The notes under the pieces: generated by a model
The model's input: the letters and a program-made list of their open reading frames with translations, nothing else
What the model was told of the DNA's origin: nothing
Databases searched by the model: none
Translations under genes and position numbers: made by a program
Assembly (NCBI RefSeq): GCF_009914755.1
Contig: NC_060947.1
DNA length: 64,000 nucleotides
Source: the human T2T-CHM13v2.0 reference genome, Homo sapiens
Strand: one strand, 5' to 3'
Shown here: piece by piece, positions 1 through 14,850 of the stretch
Numbering within the stretch: position 1 is the stretch's first letter
How the letters are laid out: each line of letters begins with the position of its first letter

Positions 1-214
1 ACAATAGGGTGACCATAGTCAATAATAACTTAATTGTATGTTTTAAAATAACTTAATTAGTGTAATTTGATTGTTTTTAACTCGAATGACAAATGCTTGA
101 GGAGATGGATACTCCATTCTCCATGATGTGATTATTTGACATTGCATGCCCTTATCAAAACATTGCATATACACCATAAATATATACAGATACTATGTAG
201 CAAAAAAAAAAAAA
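1..214 (+). mobile_element. L1MA-type LINE-1 3' end with poly(A)
   Basis: Typical L1MA 3' UTR (acaatagggtgac...aataataacttaattgta...tgtgattatt..cattgcatgcc...cataaatatata) ending in an A-run at ~202-214. Confidence 0.85.
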
Positions 215-457
215 GGAAATATTAAACTCTAATTACTAGATTTATTTTCTAAAACTTGTGTTAGCATTTCTGAAAATAACTTTCTTTTTGTAAATTATAG
301 GACTAACTAAATAAGTAAATATATTTGGTTAATTGTAGCCAGGTTTTACATTGTTGTACATGGGGCTTCTCTATCAACACATAAAGAAACAAATTGTAGA
401 ACTGGTTCTGCTGAGTGGAATTGGAGTTACCTACTATTGGTTCCTCCTGATTTTATT

Positions 458-501
<44 letters not shown>
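458..501. repeat. (TA)n(CA)n microsatellite
   Basis: Directly visible. Confidence 0.95.
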
Positions 502-505
<4 letters not shown>

Positions 506-579
506 AATAATATAAATAGTGCATGTTTGCATAAATAAATGCATACATACAGGTATGTATATTTGGATATAGTGTGACT

Positions 580-935
580 CAACTGTGTTTTTTGCTTGGG
601 ATCTCACAAGGCTGCAGCTCTTTTCTTGAGACTCAGGGAGCAAAAAAAAAAAAAAAAGAAACACTTCCAGCTTCATTCAAATTTGTAATAGAAATTTGCT
701 TCTTGTGGCTGTAGGAGTAAAGCCATTCTCCTCTCCTCTCCTCTCCTCTCCACTCCTCTCCTCTCCTCTCCTTTCCTTCTTTCTTTTCTATTATTTTCTT
801 CCTGGCAAATGACTCCCTTTATTTTCAAGGTAACAATGGATGCCAAAAACTTCTCATGATTTGAATCATTCTGATTTCCTCTTCTACATCTCTGTAATTA
901 GAGTGGGAAAAATTTTCTCCTTTTAAGGACTCATC
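580..935 (-). mobile_element. MLT1-type MaLR LTR fragment containing a (CTCTC)n tract at ~728-775
   Basis: tctcacaaggctgcag...cacttccagcttcattca...ttcttgtggctgtagga...ttttaaggactcat resembles MLT1 antisense. Confidence 0.6.
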
Positions 936-946
936 TTAAGATAGAT

Positions 947-1014
947 GCAGTGAACCAAGGTCGTGCCATTGCACTCCAGTCTGGACAACAGAGCGAGACT
1001 CCATTTAAAAAAAA
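947..1014 (+). mobile_element. Alu 3' fragment
   Basis: gcagtgaaccaagg..gccattgcactccagtctggacaacagagcgagactcc plus A-tail. Confidence 0.85.
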
Positions 1015-2106
1015 TGACTTTACCTATTGTTAACCATTTATCAATAGTAATTAGCACAATAATTCTACTTCTAAGAATTACCCTTTAGAAATAAACAGAG
1101 CTAGAGATAAAAGCTTTATTTTTAGAATTTTTTTGTCAGTGTAAATTTTAAAAGAAAAATTAGAAGCAACCTAAAACTACAAAATTCAAAAATAGGTAAA
1201 AAGTGAAACAAACTGTAGCATCTATTTAAAAAAAAAGAAAGTTGGTCATAATATATCAGTCAATAGAAAATGAGAAAATTTTATGTTGGGTTTTTTTTGT
1301 TAATTTATCTAAGAGTTGAGTTGGGTGTAATGTTGGCTGTACCTGTAGATGCCAGACGTTCCAATTTTCTCTAGTGAGTTTTTTTTATTCCTATTGTCTT
1401 TACATTTACCTAGAAACTACTTATTAAATATAGTCTGCACAGTACTGCTTTCTCAGCTAAAATCTCCTGTTGATATACTAAGGATTTATTGATGTACCAG
1501 TAAAGGGAAGTAATGCATTTTATAATGTTATGATTAATTCTCCAGCTTGTAGTGGTTGTTTCCCCTTGATATGTTCTTTACACGTTTTTTTCTTAGCTAT
1601 TCCCACACTTAGGTGAGACAGGAAGGCTAAAAAGACTGGAGTTGAGTAAGTGTCCTTAACCCGTGTGTTTGTTATAAGGCTTTGGTAAACTCCTTTCCCC
1701 TGGAGTATAGGCATTTGATATGGAAATACAGATAGCTTTTACTTCTACCTTTCAAAATTGGACGTATTTTATACATTTGTCTTTCATATTATACTAGTTA
1801 TTTCCACCAGTGCAACGTTGAATAAAAGAGGTAAGGTAAAATATCTTTACCTTGTTCCTGGTCCTAGAAGAGGGAGGAAGCATTCAATTTTTACTATTAA
1901 TTATGATGTTAGCTATACCTTTTTGAATGCATCTATTTTAAGATTAAGAAACTTTTCATCTCCTTTCAGGTTTTGAGGTGCTTTAACAAGAATAGATGCT
2001 GGATTATTCTTCAATTTGTGTGTGTGTGTATATTAAATGTATTATGTGATGTTTCTGTTTGGTTTATTTATATGGTAAAAAATTTTGAAAGATTTTTGAA
2101 TGTTAA

Positions 2107-2497
<391 letters not shown>

Positions 2498-2599
2498 TTA
2501 TTATTTAACATTGTGTTACAGTCAATTTTCTAAAATTTATTTTAGAATCATTTAATATATTTATGAGAAATATTGGTCTGTAGTTTTCTATGTTAGATA

Positions 2600-2619
2600 T
2601 CTATCTATCTATCTGTCTG

Positions 2620-2662
<43 letters not shown>

Positions 2663-2663
2663 G
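2600..2663. repeat. Compound tetranucleotide STR [TCTA]3[TCTG]2[TCTA]10 TCTG
   Basis: Counted directly. Confidence 0.95.
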
Positions 2664-2725
2664 GTTTTGGTGTTGTCATAATGCTGGTTAATAGAATGAG
2701 TTGGGAAGTGTTCCCTTCTTTTCAA

Positions 2726-3235
2726 TTTTTTTTTTTAATTTTACTTTTATTTTAACTTCAGGGGTACAAGTGCAGGAGTGTTACATAGGTAAACCTGTGT
2801 CATGGGGGTTTGTTATGCAGATTATTTTATCACCCAGGCAATAAGCATACTACCCAATGGGTAGTTTTTTGATCCTCAACTTCCTCCTACTCTTCACCCT
2901 CAAGTAGACCCTGATGTCCAAAAAATCTAAAAGGAGATGAAAAGTTACCTTCCTTGTGTCCATACATACTCGTTGATTAGATTCCACTTACAAGTGAGAA
3001 CATGCAGTATTCGATTTTCTGTTCCTGTGTTAGTTTGTTAAGAATAATGGTGTCCAGCTCCATCCATGTTCCTGCAAAAGAAATGATCTTACTCTTGCTA
3101 ATGGTTGCATAGTATTCATTGGTGTATATGTATCACATTTTCTTTATCCATTCGATCACTGATGAACATTTAGGTTGATTCCATGTCTTTGCTATTGTGA
3201 ATAGTGCTGTGATAAACACATGTGAACATGTGTTC
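2726..3235 (-). mobile_element. L1PA (older, ~PA13-16) 3' fragment
   Basis: Poly-T, then ttcaggggtacaagtgcagg...gtcatgggggtttg...gtgagaacatgcagtat...gtgaatagtgctg. Confidence 0.9.
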
Positions 3236-3650
3236 GGTATTATTTATTATTAAATTTTGGTAGAATTCCTCATTTAAAGCACTTGGGGCTGAAAATTTGT
3301 TTTAGGACGATCCTTATTCTATCACATTTACTTAATGTACATACATCTATTCATTTTATTCACTTTTTTGTATGAGCTCAATTTGTGTCTTTCAAGGAAG
3401 TTGGCTCTTTAATGTTATTTGCTAAATTTTAGGTATAAACTTTCTATTCTCTTTTTCATTTTATCTGTAGAATATATAAAGAAATTACTGTCATTTATCA
3501 TTATTCAAATTGGTAATTTGTGTCTTTGTTTTTCTTTGTTTTCCTCCCTGCTATTTTACTGATATCCTCTCTGATGTGTATTATTTCCTATGTTCTGTTT
3601 ACTTTTTAACTTGCTTTTCCTTTTCCATTTTCTTTTTTATTTTATGATAT

Positions 3651-4185
3651 AGTTTTGCACTGTATAACAACATATTGGTCAATTATGGACCACATATGCA
3701 ACAGTGGTACCAAAATATTATGTATAATGGAGCTAAAAATTTTCTATCACCTTGTGATGTCATAGCCATCATAACGTTATAGTGAAATTGCTTTAGTTTT
3801 TAAAACAAATGTAGTGTAGCCTAAGAGTACAATGTCTATAACATCTACCATAGTATATAGTGATGTGCTAGGCCTTCACATTCACTCACCACTCATTCTC
3901 TGACTAAGCCAGAGCAACTTTCTGCGAGTTCCATTCAGGGTAAGTGCCCTACAAAGGTGTACCATGTTTATACACTTTTATACCATAATATAGTGTACTG
4001 TTTCCATGTTTAGATATGTTTAGCTAGAAAAATACCATTGTGTTCCAGTTACCTACAGTATTCAGTACTGTCACATGCTGTACAGGTTTGTAGCCTAGAG
4101 AAAATGAGCTATGCTGTATATCCTAGGTATATAGTAGGTTTGTGTGAGTATATTCTATGAGGTTTGCACAAGGACAAAATCACTT
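3651..4185. mobile_element. Tigger3-type (TcMar) non-autonomous DNA transposon
   Basis: ggaccacatatg..gtggtac...taatggagctaaaaat...ctaggccttcacattcactcaccactc...tgctgtacaggtttgtagcctag. Confidence 0.85.
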
Positions 4186-4339
4186 ATATATGTTAGTCTT
4201 TCCAATACCATGTAATTCTGTAAGACTTTTCATACTTACACCACTGTCCAGATTCTTCAACAGTTTGACTTTCTGTGCTATAAGTGAACATAAATATTTT
4301 TTTCCTTATCACTGTTACTCATAGAGAAATCTGCAGGCC

Positions 4340-4715
4340 TTTTACGTATTCAACAATATCATTACATCACAGAGCAAATAATAAGCAACAAACATAGTAA
4401 GTAACACATGTAGGTTTGGTCCCATCTGAAGCATAGTGGGGAACCGGCTGTTAGCACATCTGGCCTGTACACATGCAATTTTATGATCATTGGTGGGAAT
4501 GCTTGAAAAAGATATGTTGCAGCTGAAGTGGGCTGGAAAAGTCTTTTCCCTCAAAGATGCTAAATGACCTATGTGTTATGCATCTGAATTTTTACTGCAA
4601 TCTGTCACATGAGGTCAAGTGTGAAATTTTCCACTTGTGGCATCATGCCAGTGCCCAATTTTAGATTTTGGAAAATTTTTGGTTTTAGATTTTTAGATTA
4701 GGGATGCTCGACATA
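4340..4715. mobile_element. Tigger4/MER46-type DNA transposon fragment
   Basis: gtcacatgaggtcaagtgtgaaattttccacttgtggcatcatg...gattagggatgctc terminal region. Confidence 0.8.
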
Positions 4716-6040
4716 CAAAAGAAAACACAGGAAAAAACTTCTTCACATTGGTCTTGGCAATGATATTTTGGATATGAACTTAAAAGTACAAGCAACAAAA
4801 GCAAATGCAGAAAAATGGGATTGCATCAAACTAAACACTTCTGCAAAGCCTGGTTAAAACTCAACTGAGTGAGGTGAAAAAACAGCCTATGAAATGGGAG
4901 AAAATATTTACAAACCAAACCTTATCCTTTAGATAAGGAGTTAATATTTAAAATAAATAAGGTCCCTTAATAGCAAGAAAAAATACCTGATAAAAAATGG
5001 ATTAAATGTGTGAATATACATTTCTCCAAAGATGACGGGCATATGGTGAGCAGATATATGAGATGTTGAATAGAATCTCAGGGAAATACAAAGTAAAACC
5101 ATGATGAGACATCACATCACACTTCGTTGAATGGCTATTCAGAGATACAAAACTTAACAAGTATTGGCAAGGAAGTAGAGAAAATATATTTCCTATATAC
5201 TGTTGTTGGGAATGTAAAATGGTGTATTTGTGTTGGAAAATAGTGTGAAGGTTTCTCAAAAAATTTAAAATAGAACTAATGTATAATGCAGCAATTCCAC
5301 TTTTGTGTATATATCCAAAGAAAATGAAGTCACATGTTGAAAATATATCTGCATTCCAGTTTTTATTGCACTATTATTTATAATAGCCAAAATATGAAAT
5401 CAAACTATCCGTCAAAGATAAATTGATAAGGAAAATGTGATATATACATGTGTGTCTGTGTGTGTATATATATATATATATACACACACCTATATATATA
5501 TATATATATATACACACACCTATATATATACACATATATATACAAACGCACAATGAAATACTATTCAGCCTTAAAAATGAAAAAAATCTTTCATTTGCAA
5601 CAATATGAATAAATGTGGAGGACATTATGTCAAGTACAATAAGCCAGGCACAGAAAGACAGATACTGTATGATCCCACTGGTATGTGGAATTCAAAAATA
5701 TTGAACTCACAGAAGCAGCTTAGTGGTTACCAGGGACTGGGGATGGGGTCGGGAGATGATGGCAAAGGGTACAAAGTTTCAGCAAGAGAGGAGGAATAAC
5801 TTCTGAAGTTCTATAGTACAGCCTGGTGACTATAGTTAATAATAATGTATTGTGTACTTGAAAATCGCTAAAAGGCTAGATTTTAAATGTTCCCAGTATA
5901 AAACACAATGAATGTGACAGTGTATAGTTACGTTAATTAGCTCGATTTAATATTTCACAATGTATGTATGTCAAAATATCACACCAGACACCATAAATAT
6001 ATACAATATTATTTGTTGAATAGAACATAAATTAAAATTA
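4716..6040 (+). mobile_element. L1MA (~MA8/9) 3' portion with an internal (TA)/(CA) compound repeat at 5440-5545
   Basis: ORF2 3' motifs (cattggtcttggcaatgat, atttctccaaaga) and L1MA 3' UTR ending caccataaatatatacaat. Confidence 0.85.
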
Positions 6041-6939
6041 TATATTTTAGTTCATGTGTGGAATGTGTCCTAAGGATGTACTCAGACATATATGTATCAT
6101 ATAAGAATGCAATAATATTTGATCATCATTGCTTATGTTGCTGAAAGGCAGGAAAAAGGCTAAGTATCTCATAATGGGAAGATTATTAATCAATTTTGGC
6201 AAATGCATATGGTAAGATACAGTGCACCTATTTTTAAAAGTGCATAATTTTAGGTTTTGTTTTATTCTGAAATGGAAATATATCCAGAATAAGCTTTTAG
6301 GCAAAAATAAAAGTTATAAAAACAATTGGTAGTACAAATAGTGTGAATTATATAAAGAGAAACTATTAGGCCTAATAATTTAAAATGTCTGTGGATCATA
6401 ATCATGATGAATGATGCTGGTAATCTTGATACTATGTTATAAACACTAGTTTTAATTATTGATGGTGATGTTTTTCAGGAAGATTATAGATAAAATGGTG
6501 AATGGATTATCCCATATTCTAAACTCGATAAAAACTATGTACTCCAAATAAAGCATTTTATTATCATATCAATGAATTGTAGGTTTGTCTGAACTGAAAA
6601 ATAAATGGACAGTGAGAATTGCTACTCACAGGTTACCAGAACATGTTTCAATCTAATTGAGACACTTTAATGAATGCAATACAATTTTCAGCTATGACTT
6701 TAATTTATTTATCAATTATTCCCAAAATGTACATTTTCCCTAATTATTGGTAGCAGCAAATAAGCCAGATAGCTAGAAATGCTTCTTGGAAAATAAATAC
6801 ATTTAAATTTTCCCAACCTTGAATTTACAAATAATTGAAACAGGATGGCTAATAGTGATTAGCCCTTAGATACGCATATTTTTTTTCTGTAGTCTTAACA
6901 TTTATATCTTCATATACCTCAAAAAGCTATTTTAATGCA

Positions 6940-9257
6940 TGCATTAGTCTATTCTCATGCTTCTATAAAGAAATACCCAAGACTGGGTAATTTATAAAGG
7001 AAAGAGGTTTAACTGACTCAGTTCTGCATTGCAGGGGAGGCCTCAGGAAACTTACCATCATGACAGAAGGCAAAGTAGAAGCAAGTACCTTCTTCCCAAG
7101 GCGGCAGAAGAGAGCACAGTGTGCAGGGGAACCTGCCATTTATAAAACCATCAGGTCTCATGAGAACTCACTCACTGTCATGAAAACAGCATGGGGGAAA
7201 CTGCTCCCATGATCCAATAACCTCCTACCAGGTCCCCTCCTTGACAGGTGGGGATTACAATTTGACATGAGATTTGGGTGGGGACACAGAGCCAAACCAT
7301 ATAATTGTGCCCGTGGCCCCTCCCTCATTTCATGTTCTTTTTATATTTCAAAACCAATTATGCCTTTCCAATAGTCCCCCAAAGTCTTAATTCATTCCAG
7401 CATCAACTCAAAAGTCCAAGTCCAAAGTCTCATCTTAGACAAGGCAAATCTCTTCAACCTATACACCTGTAAAATCAAAAGCAAGTTAGTTACTTCCAAG
7501 ATACAATGAGGGTACAGTCATTGGGTAAATGTTAGCAGTTCAAATGGGAGAAATTGACCAAAACAAAGCAAAGGGGCTACAGGCCCCGTGCAAGTCCAAA
7601 ACCTGGCCAGGCAGTCATAAATTTTAAAGCTCCAAAATCTACTTTGACTCCATGTCTTATATCCAGGGCAGGCTGATGCAAGGGGTGGGCTCCCAAGGCC
7701 TTGGGCAGCTCTGCTTCTGTGGCTCTGCAGGGTTCAGCACTTGCAGCTGGTTTCATAGGCTGGTATTGAGTACCTGTGGTTTTTCTAGGGCACATTGCAA
7801 GCTATCAGTGGATCTATATTTCTGGGGTCTGGAGGACAGTGGCCCTCTTCTCACAGATCCACTAGGCAGTGCCCCAGTGGGGATTCTGTGTGGGGACTCC
7901 AACCCCACATTTCTTTTCTGCATTGCCCTAGCAGAGTTTCTCCCAGATGGCTCTATCCCTGAAGCAGACTTCTGCCTGGACATCCAGGCATTTCCATACA
8001 TCCTCTGAAATCTAGGCAGAGGTTCCCAAAGCTCAACTCTTTACTTCTGTATACCCACAGGCCCAACACCCCATAGAAGCTGCCAATGCTTGGGGCTTGC
8101 ACCCTCTGAAGCAATGGCCTGAGCTGCATGTGGGCCCCTTTTAGCCAAAGCTAAAGCTGGAGCAGTTCGGACGCAGGGCAGTCCCGAGGCTGCACAGAGC
8201 AGCTGGGCCCTGGGTCAGCCTCAGAAAACCATTTTTCCCTCCTAGGCTTTTGGGCCTGTAATGGGAGGGGCTGCCATGAAGATCTCTGACATGTCCTGGA
8301 GACATTTTTCCCATTGTCTTGGCTGTTAACATTTGGCTCCTTGTTACTTATACAAATATCTGCAGCTGGCTTGAATTCCTCCCCAGAAAGTGGGTTTTTC
8401 TTTTCTACCACATGATCAGGCTGCAAATTTTCCAAACTTTCACACTCTGCTTCCTCTTTAAACATAAGTTCCAATTTCAAACCATCTCTTCATGAGCATA
8501 TATAACTGAACATTTTCAGAATCAACCAGGTCACCCCGTGAAAGCTTTGCTACTTAGAAATTTCTTCTGGAAGATACCCTAAATTATCTCTCTCAAGTTC
8601 AAAGTTCCACATATCTCTAGGCCAGGGCCAAAATGCATTCAGTCTCTCTGCTAAAGGACAGCAAAAGTGACCTTTGCTCCAGTTCCCAACAAGTTTCTCA
8701 TCTCCATCTGAGACCACATTAGACTGGACTTCATTGTCCTTATCACTATCAGCATTTGGGTCAAAACCAACAAGTCTCTAGCGAGTTCCAAACTTTCCCA
8801 CTTCTCCCTGTCTTCTTCTGAGCCCTCCAAACTGTGCCAACCTCTGCCTGTTACCCAGTTTCAAAGTCACTTCCACATTTTCAGGTTATCTTTATAGCAG
8901 TGCCCCACTCTAAGTACCAGAGAAATACTAGAGACTAGGTAATTTATAAAATAAAGGGGCTTAATTGATTCACAGTTCCACATAGCTGTAGTGGCCTCAG
9001 GAAACTTACAATAATGGCAGAAGGTAAACGAGAAGCAAGTACCTTCTTCCCAAAGTGGCAGGAGAGCGAGAGAGTGCAGGGAAAATTGCCATTTATAAAA
9101 CCATCAGATCTCATGAAAACTCACTCACTATCATGATAACAGCATGAAGGAAACTGCCCCCATGATCCAATCACCTCCCACCAGGTGTCTCCCTCGACAC
9201 ATGTGGATTACAATTGGAGATGAGATTTGGGTGGGGACACCCAACCAAACCATATCA
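6940..9257 (-). mobile_element. THE1 (THE1D-like) MaLR with two LTRs (6940-7303, ~8920-9257) and internal region
   Basis: Two homologous LTRs flank THE1-int. Perfect 5-bp TSD ATGCA at 6935-6939 and 9258-9262. ORFs between 7577 and 8480 are MaLR-int remnants. Confidence 0.93.
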
Positions 9258-11169
9258 ATGCATCATTATATATGACACTGTTGACTTTTAAAATGATAGA
9301 AATTCAACATTATCTCAATTATTGGGTTAGAATGCTATCACCAGGGTATTTTTAAATGACAATTTAAAATAGAACTAGATAAAAAGTAAAACTTCAACAA
9401 AACAAGCAAATAATAAAACAAACAAAACCCAGCTCTAGCCAAATACATTTCTTCATTTTTTAATCTGTAGTATTTTTCTGATTTTTATGCAAGAAATGCT
9501 AATGGTTTCATGTATTGACAGAAAAATATGTCTCAGAATGATTTATGATAGAATAGAATAAATTACAAATTATTTAGACTAAATTTAATACTTCAAGTCA
9601 TTTTAATATAATGGCTTGTGGGGAACAAATGCATAATGTCATTTTACAGTTTATCACATTATTTAGACTTTCATGTCATTTAATTGATTCAAAAAAATTG
9701 CAGAAATAACTTCTTTACATTATGTTGTAGTTTACTGAGGCTAGACATACATAACATAAAAAATTTGAAAAGTATATAATTAAAGTGAACAGATGGCCCT
9801 TTCCAGTAAAAACAACTGGAAATGCAAATCAACTGAAATTTGGGAATAATTGTAGCAGATGGTATAGCCTTCGTACCACTTAGATAATGGCTGCATTCAG
9901 TCTTCCTATTGAGGTTAGTTGAGCATGTTGTTTTTCATGTATGCATTTAAATAGAAATACAAAAGAAGAGCAAAATGTACTTTTGTATCACATTAGTAAA
10001 TAAGGCATTCACCTGTGAAAGTTTCTAGCTGTCCTTATCTCACATCTAATGTGCAGAGTGAATAAGCTGCCCAGTGTCATAAAATTAGGCCTCTTTTAAA
10101 TGAGTCTTCTACTTGAAAGACAATACAATTGTGTGAGGTCATTCCCAGGAATACAAATGGGGCAAAAATGTGCCAAAGCAATTATTAATATATACTCAAT
10201 TCTCATATTAAAAATGAATGTCATCTGGTACTCTATCAAAGTAGTAGTCTATTTAAAAATTTACTGAGAAAGAATCTAACATCGCCTGTAACATCATATA
10301 TTATTGAATAATTTCTTCTTGCATTTTCATGCTAATGTCAATTCATACACCTGAAAATGAAGTCCAATATAATATTAAAGATAAAAAAGGTTGAACAAAC
10401 TTTTGCTGTTCAGCAACAGAAAAGCAACTTTGAGATTTGAAGCACATGAAGATAAAATGCCATTAATTCATTTAACAAATATTTGAAAATTTAAATCAGG
10501 TTTGTGTAATCAGTCTTATGCAACAACTAGAGAAGTGATATATGTGTGATTTAAAAAAAGCTAGATTTGAAAAGGAGAGTTAAAAAAGAAAAACTTTTCA
10601 AGGACACAACACCACCCATTGCTCTTATATTACTATTAAAAACTGTAGCTGAAAGGCAACGCTAATGATTGCCTATAGTTGCTGCTGGCCAATATAGCCA
10701 GATATATTCTGCATTCTCAGAAACAAAATAACATAAAGCCAGTTCTTTTATTATAAACAATAGATTTTGACATTACGTTACAAGTTCAGAGTACAGGTCA
10801 GCAAGTATGACCATATTTGTTCGGAAGAGAGCTAGAAATAATGTTTAAAATAATAAAGAAAGCATTCAGTAAAGGGTTTTGAGCAGTGGTCTTTGACCTC
10901 TAATAAAAGGTGTTCACAATTTGCAATTGTACGTAAGTGTAAAGTTAATAGTCCACTGAAAAATAAAAACATTTTTAGAAAAAAATTAAAATATATTTAA
11001 CAAACCATTTTTATTTATTATAAAAGATAATGCCAGAGTTACTAACTCATATTGATTTTCATATATAAGAAAACTGGTGAGAATATTTAGTGGTTAATTT
11101 TTACATCTATGGAATAATAAATGGGTAGAAATGAGCTAAAGGAAGTGTGTTTTTAGACTACAGAAGTGC

Positions 11170-11448
11170 CATGGGCTTAATGACTCTAAATAAGAGAGGG
11201 GAGTTGGTGGATAAACAGCTTTTGTAGTATGATTATGAGGCATGTTCAACATTGTTTCTCATTGTGTCCCCAGAAGAATTGAGTGTCTCAGATTGGTAAC
11301 ACACTATTTATCCTACTCTTTATAAGCTTTCTGCCTCCTGAACCTCAAATCCCCATTTATTCAGCGTGTCTTTTTGGATCACCTAGTCTGAAACTACTTA
11401 CAAACCAATTCTTTTCTGAGATACTTTGAGGAGAGCCAAAACAAAGAA
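11170..11448 (+). mobile_element. Old ERVL LTR fragment (LTR16-like)
   Basis: tggatcacctag...aaactacttacaaacc...tgaggagagccaaaacaaaga resembles the LTR16 3' end. Confidence 0.5.
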
Positions 11449-12103
11449 AACTCTTTAGAAATAATTTCCCAAGGTTACTTCTGCTTATGGCAGAGAGAAC
11501 CACACTCCCCAAAAATGAATTGAAAGAAAAATTTGGCCACAGTTATCATCACAAGAGCATTGATTGCCTCTACCTTTATAAAGCATCACTTCTTTTTATT
11601 GTCTTATTTCTCCTATATCCCACTGTCTCTCCTTTGTATCCGCTTCTTATTAACCTAATTGATATCCTCACCTTTTTATTTCAACATTAGTCTCAGGATC
11701 TCTGGTCCTGGTTCCCTGGGCTCTGAAGAGTTTATGAAAATTTTCCATTGCCTGGAGGACTTAATATAATTTACAATGTTATAAAGTTTAGTATTTCATA
11801 AATTGCTAGATGATTATTTTCAGTATATATTCTATGAAAATTTTATAATAAGGATTATGTAAAAATCACCTGCTGTGGCTAAGTTTTAACTGCCGAGACA
11901 GAAAATGGTAAATTTATCGATAGCAAAATTTCTAAGAATTGTTAATAATATAATTTGAATTATAAAACCTTAAAATGAGCATAGATTTGGCAGTGTTTAA
12001 CAATTATGCTTTACTCTAACTCCTATTTGCATACCACTTAATTAGTGTAAAACTAAAATGATCTGGAAAAGCACAGATAAAAAAGCATTCTAATGGGAAA
12101 CAT

Positions 12104-12124
12104 TCTCTCTCTCTCTCTCTCTCT
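12104..12124. repeat. (CT)n microsatellite
   Basis: Directly visible. Confidence 0.9.
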
Positions 12125-12144
12125 GTGTCATTGATCTAAATGCA

Positions 12145-14850
<2,706 letters not shown>

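Noticed and set aside
2600-2663. Identity with a named forensic STR
   Set aside because: Flanks do not match any marker I can recall
7577-8480. Overlapping 60-120 aa ORFs
   Set aside because: THE1 internal remnants; common spurious ORFs
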